DNA of 64,000 bases from an uncultured cyanobacterium (GTDB lineage Bacteria > Cyanobacteriota > Cyanobacteriia > Cyanobacteriales > CAWUOF01): the NCBI GenBank assembly GCA_963744145.1, contig CAVUSO010000001.1:128001-192000 (forward strand), written 5' to 3'. A program made the translations under genes and the position numbers. The notes below the pieces were generated by a model, which ran no database searches, had not been told where the DNA came from, and saw only the letters and a list, made by a program, of their open reading frames with translations. This document shows, one piece after another, positions 31,630-41,423 of this stretch (its first letter is position 1; each line of letters opens with the position of its first letter).

Positions 31630-33372
31630 TTATCCTAATAATAATGCGATCGCTAATCTTACTGCTTCTCCGACCATAGAAAACCGAGCTGCTTTGGAAG
31701 CGGTTTTTTCCCAACGCAAGAGATGATCGCGGAAAGTTTCATTTTGTTTAGCTCGCTGCAAAATTACTTGAATAATAACCTTTTTTTGAATTTCTTCAGC
31801 AGCAACTCCCGAATTTTCGAGATAATCTAGTAAACGTTGTACACTTTCGACAAATTGCTCCGGTTCTTGATCAAGTAAAATATTCTTAATTTGCTTAGAC
31901 ACCTCTTGATAAAGCTGCTGACGTTTATCATTTACTAAGGATGGCGATCGAGGTGGTGGTGGTGGTGGTGGTGGTGAAGTTCTTTTTTCCTGATTTCGAG
32001 AATTATTTAAGGGGTCTTTAATTCCTAATAAATCCAAAATTTCTGGACGTTTCGTTAATAATCTTTGGTAAATTTCTGGATAAAGCTGCATAATTCGATC
32101 GCTTAAAATTTTGGCATTAACTAAATGATTAGCAGCTAACCTCAGTAAAAATTTATCTTCTGAGGATTCAAATCGTTGAATTCTCAAACTAAGTTCTCGA
32201 TTTTCTAGCTCGATTTGAGTAATTGTAAATGCTAAAGCTTCCCAATGGGGTAAGGAGGATAAATAAACTTCGATCACCGAACTATTTTCTTGATATTGTT
32301 TACCTAACTCTCCTGGTTCAAAATCTCGTCCTACCGGATAGCGATCGACTGGTTTTTTCGTAGTATGATCGAACTGGGTAAATACATATTGGCAATCAAC
32401 CTTAGAAAAATTAACCTCTTCAATATGCCAATTATAGATACAGCATCCAGTCATTTGCGCTCCATCTAAATTAGTCCGGATCAGATAACTATCTAATAAG
32501 TAAGCATCTCTTAAATCGGCTTCACTTAACATCGCATCACTGAGATAAGCACCACTTAAATCAGCTCGTCGCAAATCAGCTCCGCGTAAATTGCTTTCAC
32601 TCAGGTCAGCTAATAATAGATAAACATCTTGTAAATTAGTCCGCAATAAATGGGCTTTTTTAAAACTAGCTTTGAGCAAATAAGCACCAGAAAGATTAGC
32701 CCGACTTAAATCAGCACTATTGAGCTTCGCTTCACTTAAGTCTGCTCCGATGAGAATTACTCGGTGCATATCCGCACTGGTTAAATCTGCTCCCCTCATG
32801 GACACACCACTGAGATTAGCTTCAATCAAATTAGCGCCAATTAATTTAGCATCACGTAAGTTAGCTTCTTCTAGATGTGCTTCTCGCAGATTAGCATTAC
32901 CCAAATCAGCACCAGTCAAATTACTTCGACGCAGATTTGCTTCCATTAATTCTGCTCCGACGAAACGACTACTATTGAGTTTGGCTTTTTCCAAGTTAAC
33001 TTGATCTAGTTTTGCTCCCTGTAAGTCTGCTCCACTTAAATCAGCTTCTAACAGAATTGCCCAATTTAAGTCTGATTCGAGCAGTTTAGCGAATCGTAAG
33101 TCAGCTTTGGTCAAATTTGCCCCGCTTAAAATTGCTTGATTGAGATTAGCACTGGTAAAAGTAGCGTTTCGCAAGTCAGCACGACGTAAACAAGCACCAA
33201 TTAGTTGACTATGGTTAAGAAATGCCCAACTGAGGTTAGCCCCCGTCAGGTTGGCTCCGGTAAGATCGATCTCGCGCAGATTAACACCACTCAGACTAGC
33301 ACCGCTAAGGTCAATGTGGGCAAAATTGCGCTCTCCTTTCTGATAGCGGTCGATAAGCTCCTGGGTTTCCAT
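31630..33372 (-). CDS. Pentapeptide-repeat protein
   Basis: Long A(N/D)LxG repeats plus a non-repeat C-terminal domain. Confidence 0.92.
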   Translation of the reverse strand: METQELIDRYQKGERNFAHIDLSGASLSGVNLREIDLTGANLTGANLSWAFLNHSQLIGACLRRADLRNATFTSANLNQAILSGANLTKADLRFAKLLESDLNWAILLEADLSGADLQGAKLDQVNLEKAKLNSSRFVGAELMEANLRRSNLTGADLGNANLREAHLEEANLRDAKLIGANLIEANLSGVSMRGADLTSADMHRVILIGADLSEAKLNSADLSRANLSGAYLLKASFKKAHLLRTNLQDVYLLLADLSESNLRGADLRRADLSGAYLSDAMLSEADLRDAYLLDSYLIRTNLDGAQMTGCCIYNWHIEEVNFSKVDCQYVFTQFDHTTKKPVDRYPVGRDFEPGELGKQYQENSSVIEVYLSSLPHWEALAFTITQIELENRELSLRIQRFESSEDKFLLRLAANHLVNAKILSDRIMQLYPEIYQRLLTKRPEILDLLGIKDPLNNSRNQEKRTSPPPPPPPPRSPSLVNDKRQQLYQEVSKQIKNILLDQEPEQFVESVQRLLDYLENSGVAAEEIQKKVIIQVILQRAKQNETFRDHLLRWEKTASKAARFSMVGEAVRLAIALLLG

Positions 33373-33752
33373 TTCGGTCCCTTAGCACAAGGTAAATTAG
33401 CAGTCAGACTGAGGTTATAGTTTAGATGTAGGTTTACTAATAGTTCTCACCTCAATGTTAAGCTAGACCTGCCAATTGAGTTGAGGGATACAACCCAACA
33501 CTGGGAATTTTTGTAGCGACTATCAACACAATTATCCCTTGACAAAATTGCTTTTTTGTGATAATAGCCGATTCTATGACAAATTTAGCGGTGAAACCGT
33601 CTCTACAGTCGATAATCATGTTTCAGATGATCAATGAATTTATGATCACAGTCAATCAGGATTTATAGGGGCAGGTTCACCCATCAATTCTGTTCCAAAC
33701 AGATTACTATGATCAACCTGTCCAACCAACACAGATAAATCACAATCAACCT

Positions 33753-33840
33753 AAGCGATCGGAGTATGCAGCGTCGGGAATTGCGGAGTATTGGATTGTT
33801 GATCCGATCGCCTAAAAGGTGACAGTTTTGGAATGGATCG
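33753..33840 (+). pseudogene. Uma2-family endonuclease fragment
   Basis: KRSEYAASGIAEYWIVDPIA*KVTVLEW. Confidence 0.7.
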
Positions 33841-33849
33841 CTACTCAAG

Positions 33850-34625
33850 CCGAGATATCCCAAAAAATCCTGAACTGAATGGATTTTAAGCTCTAGTTGA
33901 TCTGTTGGTTGCATAGATTGAGGGCAAAGCATTTCGGTCATATTATTCTGAGTTTCAGCTATCATTTATGCGCCGAAATGCTTTGCCCCTACAAGTAACT
34001 AAACTGGATTGGTATTTAATCAGCGATCGCTTGCCGATCAATGGGGTGTAGGGGCGAAGCATTCGGGCGATAATTTACCGATTAAACCAGCAATATTCGA
34101 TCCGAATGCTTCGCCCTTCTTCTTCTGCGCCGAGCTCCCCAAAAAATCCTGAACTGAATGTTATTTTAATATATAGTTGATCTGTTGGTTGCATAGATTG
34201 AGGGCAAAGCATTTCGGTCATATTATTCTTCCCTTCGACTCCGCCCCCTTCGACTACGCTCAGGGCAAGCTTCGACTACGCTCAGGGAACACTCAGGGTA
34301 AACGTTTCAGCAATCATTTATGCGCCGAAATGCTTTGCCCCTACAAGGAACTGAACTGGATTGGTATTTAATCAGCGATCGCTTGCCGATCAATGGGGTG
34401 TAGGGGCGAAGCATTCGGGCGATAATTTACCGATTAAACCAGCAATATTCGATCCGAATGCTTCGCCCTTCTTCTGCTGCGCCGAGTTCCCCAAAAAATC
34501 CTGAACTGAATGTTATTTTAATATATAGTTGATCTGTTGGTTGCATAGATTGAGGGCAAAGCATTTCGGTCATATTATTCTTCGTTTCAGCAATCATTTA
34601 TGCGCCGAAATGCTTTGCCCCTACA
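33850..34625. repeat. ~280-bp tandem units (x2.5) of REP-doublet hairpins; unit 2 carries a ~72-bp insertion
   Basis: AGGGCAAAGCATTTCGG...CCGAAATGCTTTGCCC and GTAGGGGCGAAGCATTCGG...CCGAATGCTTCGCCC repeated. Confidence 0.88.
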
Positions 34626-34647
34626 GTTAACTAATATTTTCCATCGC

Positions 34648-36186
34648 TCAAGGTAACCACCGAGGATGAAATCCGGATAGTAATAAATCTTCTGGTTGTA
34701 ACTTCGGAGCTGTGTCTGGACTGGTGGTGGTGGAAATAACAGGAAGTAACCACAATCGACTAGTGGCGATCGGTCTACCGTCACTGGTTCTTGGGGTATT
34801 ATCTGGTAACATTCCCTGGGACTGATTAGCTGTACTAATCTGATCAAATAACAAGGCTAATCCATCTGGAGACAAACTCATTTGAATATCTCTTTGATTG
34901 GGTAAAACTAACAACGGTTTTAAATTTCCTGTGGCTAAATCGATCGCGGCTAAAAACGGTTGTTCTTGGTAATCTTTTCCTTTCATTAACTGAGTTAGTA
35001 AGCAATAAAGAGTTTGGTTCATCGGATCGAATTGAGCGCTTAAAATTGAGCCAGTTGTGCGTAACAGTTCTTTTTCTACTCCTTGATTATTCACTAAAAA
35101 TAGTGAGCGAGTATAATCACTATTATATTTTACCATAGCGGCTGAATTATCTTTGCCAAAACTCAACACTCGACCAAATTTCGCTAAAAAATCTAATGGT
35201 TCTGCTTGTGGTTTTAATGGCAAAATGGCAATTCCTTGACCTTGAGCGATCGCGATCGCGCTACTATCAGGAGCAATTAAAAACTCTCCTCCTGGTTGAT
35301 TATGTAACGGTTTTGGCTTTTCTCCATCGGTCAATAACCATAAGCCAAAATCTTCTCCAGGATGAAGACGGTTCGCTCTTTGCACGACAATATTTTGCCC
35401 ATCAGCTGATAAATCAAACTGTAAATTTTGATATTCTTTACTATCTAAAATTTTATTAATTCTTCCCGCTGTTTCCGCTTGTTTAACTGGGGTTTCTGGA
35501 GCTTGAAAATTAGGTGGGGATAGGGGATTAATTCCAGTGGTGACTGTAAATAATTCTTGCTCTAACAAACTTTTATCTTTACCATTGCGATCGGTTGCTG
35601 CAAATAAAATTCTCTCGCCGCGAGGATAAATCTTAAAATCCATTACCATCAAATCTTTGGGAGTGAGAATAACTGGTTTAGGTTTATCTAGGGAGAGATT
35701 GACTAGAATTAATCTACCTTCCTCTTCACCATCAACTCCTATATAAACAAAAGCCCGATCGCGACTGCGAAAATGACCTGTAAAAGGCTCAATTAAATGT
35801 CCATTTTCTCCTGCACCGGTCAAACCATCCCGCGCTCCTTCTAAAGTAACTTTAAATGTGGTGCCATAAGGAGCTGGTTCTACCAAGCGATAAGCCATTT
35901 TTCGCCCTACCCAGCTAAATTTACCAGGTTTTAATGATGGTGTTATTTTTAAATTTTCTTCAACAGTAGCATGAGCCATCGGGCGACTAAAAGTGAGAAT
36001 AAATGAATTATCTTCTGCTCCTACTTGTTTACCTTCCCAACTAAAATCCCGCACCTTTGGTAAAGCGTGATCCCCATTCCATAACAAGAACGCGATCGCT
36101 ACACTCAAAACAGTCATTAATGTTATTGCTGTCCGATCTATGGGCTGGGAAAATATTGGCTTCATGGGGAATGGCACGTTGGTCAT
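34648..36186 (-). CDS. Membrane-anchored Ig-like (Big_5) + TolB-like propeller protein
   Basis: N-terminal TM, FILTFSRPM and propeller-like repeats; third gene of the permease operon. Confidence 0.65.
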   Translation of the reverse strand: MTNVPFPMKPIFSQPIDRTAITLMTVLSVAIAFLLWNGDHALPKVRDFSWEGKQVGAEDNSFILTFSRPMAHATVEENLKITPSLKPGKFSWVGRKMAYRLVEPAPYGTTFKVTLEGARDGLTGAGENGHLIEPFTGHFRSRDRAFVYIGVDGEEEGRLILVNLSLDKPKPVILTPKDLMVMDFKIYPRGERILFAATDRNGKDKSLLEQELFTVTTGINPLSPPNFQAPETPVKQAETAGRINKILDSKEYQNLQFDLSADGQNIVVQRANRLHPGEDFGLWLLTDGEKPKPLHNQPGGEFLIAPDSSAIAIAQGQGIAILPLKPQAEPLDFLAKFGRVLSFGKDNSAAMVKYNSDYTRSLFLVNNQGVEKELLRTTGSILSAQFDPMNQTLYCLLTQLMKGKDYQEQPFLAAIDLATGNLKPLLVLPNQRDIQMSLSPDGLALLFDQISTANQSQGMLPDNTPRTSDGRPIATSRLWLLPVISTTTSPDTAPKLQPEDLLLSGFHPRWLP

Positions 36187-36191
36187 AAATC

Positions 36192-36968
36192 CTAGTAATC
36201 ATAGGGATTTTCTGGTTGTTTAATTGGGGTAACCGATGTTGCTTGAATCACAAGTTGAGATTTATTATCTAACTTTTCGGCAATCATCTGACCGACAATT
36301 TCTAACCAAGTATCTGCTGGAAAATTAGTGCGACTTTGCTGAAGTTTAACTGGTAATCCGACTGGATAAGCATCCGCAGCACAACAGGTAATGACAAAGC
36401 GAGAAATTAATAGATAATTCTCTGGTAGTTGGGGAGGATGAATCACAAATCCTTGGACTTTTACCTTTTGTCCAGCATATTTATCTGGGTCAGGGTAAAC
36501 AGTTAAAGTGCGGACCCACTCCACTAGAGAGCGATCTTCCGGTCGTTTACTCTGCCAAAAAGATTGATTTTGCGATCGCGTCATGGTCACCAGTTCCGTC
36601 ACACCCCGTTGAATTGCTGTTTGACTATTAAAAGCTTGGGGTGAAATAAACATTCCGAGTAGTGCTGTGATCAATAAGAGGATACTACTCCACCCAGGTG
36701 GCAAAAAAGTAAAGTGCTGAACGCTCGGTCTGGCAATTTGCTCAAGGGAGAAACGCATCTGGTTAATTAAAGTCCAGGATTGGCTAATCCCAATTCCTAA
36801 AAATCCGATCCCTGTACCAATTACCAACCATTGATAATCGGGGTGAATCAGTAAATTCAACTTCCCGACCAACCAATATTTTAACAGCAAAATTCCCCAA
36901 GCGACGATCGCTAAAACGTCCAGCCAGGGTAGCCACAAAAAACGACTTGTTCCAGGTTGATTTGACAT
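36192..36968 (-). CDS. TIGR03943/YcgQ-family putative permease subunit
   Basis: LLIHP and SRFVITCCAADA motifs. Confidence 0.85.
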   Translation of the reverse strand: MSNQPGTSRFLWLPWLDVLAIVAWGILLLKYWLVGKLNLLIHPDYQWLVIGTGIGFLGIGISQSWTLINQMRFSLEQIARPSVQHFTFLPPGWSSILLLITALLGMFISPQAFNSQTAIQRGVTELVTMTRSQNQSFWQSKRPEDRSLVEWVRTLTVYPDPDKYAGQKVKVQGFVIHPPQLPENYLLISRFVITCCAADAYPVGLPVKLQQSRTNFPADTWLEIVGQMIAEKLDNKSQLVIQATSVTPIKQPENPYDY

Positions 36969-36970
36969 AG

Positions 36971-38020
36971 CTAACTAATATTCAAATTTGTGGCCAGAGT
37001 CAAGAAAAATGTTAACTGGGCAGCTAAAACGAGCATATAAATTATGGGTTTGATCTTGAAGATCGACAATAATAGACCAATGCCTTTAAAGTCAATCATT
37101 GGCCCAAAAACTAGAAATGCTAACAAAGAACCACTGGTGAACATGGAGGCAAAAGATAGGGCAAAAAATGAGTCTACCGTGGAACAAATTGAGACGAGCG
37201 TGGCCAATAACATCATGGCCATAATTGAGGATATGGGTCCGGAACCTAAACTCAAAATGATTTCTCGGGGTACTAAAACTTGAATAGACGCGGCGATCGC
37301 ACTACCAATAATTAATACTCCGCCTAACTCCCGCAATTCTTGCACTGTATTATCCAAAAACAAACGCCATTTAGGGTGGGGAGATTGAGTAGTGAGATGC
37401 GGCTGAACCCCAGAATATTGTCCCAGGAGGACTGGTTCTAACTTAATTGGTCCAGTCCCCTCTCCTAACCAATAAGTGCCTGATTGGAGCAAAATTGTAC
37501 TTGGTTCTTCTAGTACAGATAACTTGGTTGGGACAGCCTGAAATTGGGGGAGAGTTCTGGCCACAACTGGTTGTAACAAAGGTTTAAGATCGACTTGGGT
37601 ACTAAATACCCAGCCTACTGTGGTGGCAATGATCAGGGAAAATCCTACTCGTAACACAACTATTTCCGGCTGGTCGCGAAAGGCAGTCCAAGTAGACCAA
37701 ATTACAATGGGATTAATGGTCGGAGCTGCTAGCAAAAATCCAATTGCGACAGGTGCTGGGACTCCCTGGAGCAACAAACGTCTGGCTACTGGGACATTAC
37801 CACATTCACAGACAGGAAACAAAAAGCCAATTAAACTGCCGGCTAGCGCCCCTAAGATGGGATTACGGGGCATCCGTGACACTAAAGCCCGTTCATCCAC
37901 AAAAAACAGCAAAAAACTTGACAAGATTACCCCTAGGAGTAAAAACGGAAACGCTTCGACTAGCAAACTCAAATACAGAGTAAAGGCATTATTTAATTGA
38001 TTAATTAATGTTAATGGCAT
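36971..38020 (-). CDS. DUF318/YcgR-type permease
   Basis: EAFPFLLLG, PVCECGNVP and SICSTVD motifs. Confidence 0.87.
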   Translation of the reverse strand: MPLTLINQLNNAFTLYLSLLVEAFPFLLLGVILSSFLLFFVDERALVSRMPRNPILGALAGSLIGFLFPVCECGNVPVARRLLLQGVPAPVAIGFLLAAPTINPIVIWSTWTAFRDQPEIVVLRVGFSLIIATTVGWVFSTQVDLKPLLQPVVARTLPQFQAVPTKLSVLEEPSTILLQSGTYWLGEGTGPIKLEPVLLGQYSGVQPHLTTQSPHPKWRLFLDNTVQELRELGGVLIIGSAIAASIQVLVPREIILSLGSGPISSIMAMMLLATLVSICSTVDSFFALSFASMFTSGSLLAFLVFGPMIDFKGIGLLLSIFKIKPIIYMLVLAAQLTFFLTLATNLNIS

Positions 38021-38279
38021 TGCTCACCTATAGAAAATTTCTGGTTTGGGTCAGAGCGCTCTAAATTGCATTTAGCAGATTAGCATATAATTAACCTTTT
38101 GTTAAAAATATTATCATTTCATTAAGAATGAATAATCTTTTGCCAGTTTAAATTAGACATTCATGTTCTTCAATCTTATTTGTTAAAATCGGTGTTAGGG
38201 TAAAAGTTGAGATCAAGTTAAATTGGCATTGACATTGACAGTATTAAAATTTCCAAAAAACAGGTGTTGATATTTTGAT

Positions 38280-39326
38280 ATGTTAAGTAAGTCCTGGCCG
38301 TCATCATTAGTTCCACATATGACAGAAATGGAACGACAGAAATTCGCTTTCCATTTAGAGTCTACCCTCTTAGAGCTGCGACTTTATCCCTTTGAATTTG
38401 AATCCTATCATCTCACCAAGGAGATTGGTAAGGCTTTTAGTGATAATCCGCTGCTACCTGGGGTCATCTTAACAGAACGAGGTAATTTTTTCGGGATGAT
38501 TTCTCAACGTCGGTTTTTAGAACAAATGAGTCGTCCCTACAGTTTGGATCTGTTTGCTAATCGCCCAATTACTGCTTTGTACCGGGTGGCACAGACAGAA
38601 CTTTTGATTGTCCCTGGTAATACTCCCATTGTGGCAGCAGCATGGCAGTCTTTGCAACGTCCCGTCGAATTACTCTATGAACCACTAGTGGTGCAAATTG
38701 ATGCCAATTCTTATCGACTATTAGATGTACACCAATTATTGGTAGCCAGTGCGATTATTCACGAATTAGCTCGACGCTTGTTGCAGACAGCTAATGATGA
38801 GTTAAACCGATTAGCTACTTTAGATAGTCTAACTCAGGTAGCCAATCGTCGTCGATTTGATGAGTATTTGGAACAAGAATGGCGACGTTTAGCTCGAGAA
38901 AAAGCATACCTATCTTTAATTTTGTGTGATATAGATTATTTTAAAGCCTATAACGATACCTATGGTCATCAAGCCGGTGATCATTGTTTGCGGGAAGTTG
39001 CTGGGGCAATCCGCGTTAGTCTCAAACGTCCAGCTGATTTGGTCGCTCGGTATGGTGGTGAAGAATTTGCTGTGGTTTTACCCAATACGGATACTACAGG
39101 AGCGCTGCATATTGCCGAAGAAATTCGAGCTAGACTAAAAGAATTGCAAATTTTGCATCCCCATTCAACGGTGAGTAACTATGTCACCCTGAGTTTAGGA
39201 GCAGCTAGTCTGATCCCTAACCACCAATTTTGTTCAGCAGAGTTAATTAAAGCTGCTGATGATGCTCTTTATCAAGCTAAGTCTGAGGGACGCGATCGCT
39301 GTAATTTAAACTCCCACTTTTCCTGA
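38280..39326 (+). CDS. Diguanylate cyclase with CBS-like N-terminal domain
   Basis: GGEEF active site and RPAD I-site. Confidence 0.9.
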   Translation: MLSKSWPSSLVPHMTEMERQKFAFHLESTLLELRLYPFEFESYHLTKEIGKAFSDNPLLPGVILTERGNFFGMISQRRFLEQMSRPYSLDLFANRPITALYRVAQTELLIVPGNTPIVAAAWQSLQRPVELLYEPLVVQIDANSYRLLDVHQLLVASAIIHELARRLLQTANDELNRLATLDSLTQVANRRRFDEYLEQEWRRLAREKAYLSLILCDIDYFKAYNDTYGHQAGDHCLREVAGAIRVSLKRPADLVARYGGEEFAVVLPNTDTTGALHIAEEIRARLKELQILHPHSTVSNYVTLSLGAASLIPNHQFCSAELIKAADDALYQAKSEGRDRCNLNSHFS

Positions 39327-39832
39327 CCAATCTTGACCCAATTAAATCACAGCTCTATGAGCTTTCGTACTTGGAGTTCTCGTTTGATTTGTGGGCAGCT
39401 AATGCCCAAAGGTGATATATATCAATCTATAGCACTATTGTCAATCCGTAAATACACTGTTGTGATCCAACTTAACTTTATGATAGATTATCTGTTGAAC
39501 AGAGATTAATAATAATTACTAAATTATCCAAATCAGGGCATAAAATGTTATTATAGGGGTAATGTGTGGCAAATGAAAGCTTTTTTTCTAAGTAGCACAG
39601 GTATAGATTAAAACTGGCATTGATGGGAATCTACTCAAAGAGATTTGATCGACGAATAACTAGAATGTTAATTCTCAATTAAAATCTTGATAAATTTTGA
39701 TTAACCAAGTTGGCTGATCTAAAAAGTGAGGTTAGAGTGGCAACTTTCATCAATTAGACTGATTTGATCAACCATATTTTTTATTAAGCAATAATAAAAA
39801 ATATAAATTTATGATTGAGGGTTTATCTTTTT

Positions 39833-40945
39833 ATGTTTGCCAGGGAATTACTCTATCCCAACCAGTCAGTTTCAACCCTAGCTCCTAGTTCTGAAGAAGA
39901 TTTGGGTTTAGATTCAACCTTACAAGAGCTGTCTTTGTATGATTTTCAAATCGAGTCCTATCGTCCGGGACGGGAAATCGCGTTAGCTTTTAAAGCTAAT
40001 CCCCTCCTTCCTGGGGTAATTTTGGTAGAAGAGGGAAAATTTGTCGGGATGATTTCCCGACAACGTTTTTGGGAACATCTCAGTCGTCCTTATGGACTAG
40101 AGTTATTTTTAAAACGACCAATCAAAACTTTATATAAATTTGTCCGTTCCGAAAGCTTAATTTTTCCTAGTGCCACTTTAATTGTCATGGCAGCACAACG
40201 AGTAGTTACTCGTCCACAGGAGTTGCTGAATGAACCGATAGTCGTACAGGTAGATCCGAATTGTCACAAAGTTTTAGATATTCATCAATTGTTATTTGCC
40301 CAGTCACAAATTCACCAATTAGCGACGATTTTATTAAGCAAATTGTATTATCAGTTGGAAGTAGCTAATCAAGAATTAGCCCAAGCTAATCAGGATTTAG
40401 AATTAGCTAATCGCGAATTGCAGAGTTTAGCAATTATCGATGATTTAACTCAACTAGCGAATCAACGTCGATTAGATGAATGTCTCAATCAAGAGTGGAT
40501 GCGTTTAGCACGGGAAAAAGCACCACTATCGATTATTATGTGTGATATTGATTATTTTAAAAAATATAACGATACTTATGGCCATCCAGCGGGCGATCGC
40601 TGTTTACGACAGGTCGCAGATGCACTCCGTCAATCAACCAGACGACCAGCTGATTTAGTAGCTCGATATGGAGGTGAAGAATTCGTGGTTATTTTACCTA
40701 ATACCACCACTGAGGGGGCAATGTACATCGCCGAAACAATTTGTACTCGAGTCAAAGATTTAAAAATTCCCCATGAAAATTCACCTATTTATCAGCAAGT
40801 AACGATTAGTTTAGGTATTGCTACCACTATTCCCAGCCATGATATTTTACCTAATAGTCTCATTGCTCAGGCGGATTTGGCCCTTTATCAAGCCAAAGCA
40901 TCGGGACGTAATTGCGTAACTGTACATCCTATCTCCCAACTATAG
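39833..40945 (+). CDS. Diguanylate cyclase with CBS-like N-terminal domain
   Basis: GGEEF and RPAD; N-terminal domain paralogous to 38280. Confidence 0.9.
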   Translation: MFARELLYPNQSVSTLAPSSEEDLGLDSTLQELSLYDFQIESYRPGREIALAFKANPLLPGVILVEEGKFVGMISRQRFWEHLSRPYGLELFLKRPIKTLYKFVRSESLIFPSATLIVMAAQRVVTRPQELLNEPIVVQVDPNCHKVLDIHQLLFAQSQIHQLATILLSKLYYQLEVANQELAQANQDLELANRELQSLAIIDDLTQLANQRRLDECLNQEWMRLAREKAPLSIIMCDIDYFKKYNDTYGHPAGDRCLRQVADALRQSTRRPADLVARYGGEEFVVILPNTTTEGAMYIAETICTRVKDLKIPHENSPIYQQVTISLGIATTIPSHDILPNSLIAQADLALYQAKASGRNCVTVHPISQL

Positions 40946-41225
40946 CACTAATTTGTCTTGCCAATACTATTGATATATTGCTAGACATGAGAAATGCCAA
41001 TATAAAGAAAATCTAAAATTAATTATCCCCGTTCATCATCGCCGAATACATTATTATTGCCATCTGGGGTAATTTCCTAGGTAATCCGATCACAATCAGA
41101 TTTACCACGGATTTAAAATAGTGGACAATCTAATTTATGAGCATTACAATTGGTAATATCCGACCATTGATTATATAAATGAGTTATTGAGAATACCAAT
41201 TTCCGATGAAATGGGACTTAAAACT

Positions 41226-41324
41226 CAATCCGGTTCAGTTAAATAAAATAGATTTTTAGGCTCGCAGGAAGCGCTTTAGCGCACTAAAGCGCTTCCTACG
41301 AACCAGCTAATCTGAATCGTATTG
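41226..41324. mobile_element. MITE-like element with a long internal hairpin
   Basis: Imperfect TIRs CAATCCGGTTCAGTTAA / TAATCTGAATCGTATTG around AGGAAGCGCTTTAG-CGCA-CTAAAGCGCTTCCT; similar ends at 52054-52187. Confidence 0.6.
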
Positions 41325-41423
41325 GATCATAAATTGTTAGGAGTTGGAGAATTTGAGTAAAAATACTTAAATATTTTTCCACCATAATCAAGAAATAACT
41401 AAGCCAAAATCAGAGAGGAGAAA

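Noticed and set aside
33684-34371. Short ORFs in the repeat region
   Set aside because: They are translations of REP/MITE sequence and the antisense of the Uma2 fragment.
38100-38140. Fur/Zur box upstream of the permease operon
   Set aside because: Only a half-site-like TGATAAT in very AT-rich DNA.
39327-39832. c-di-GMP riboswitch between the cyclase genes
   Set aside because: No recognisable GEMM consensus; an Rfam scan would settle it.
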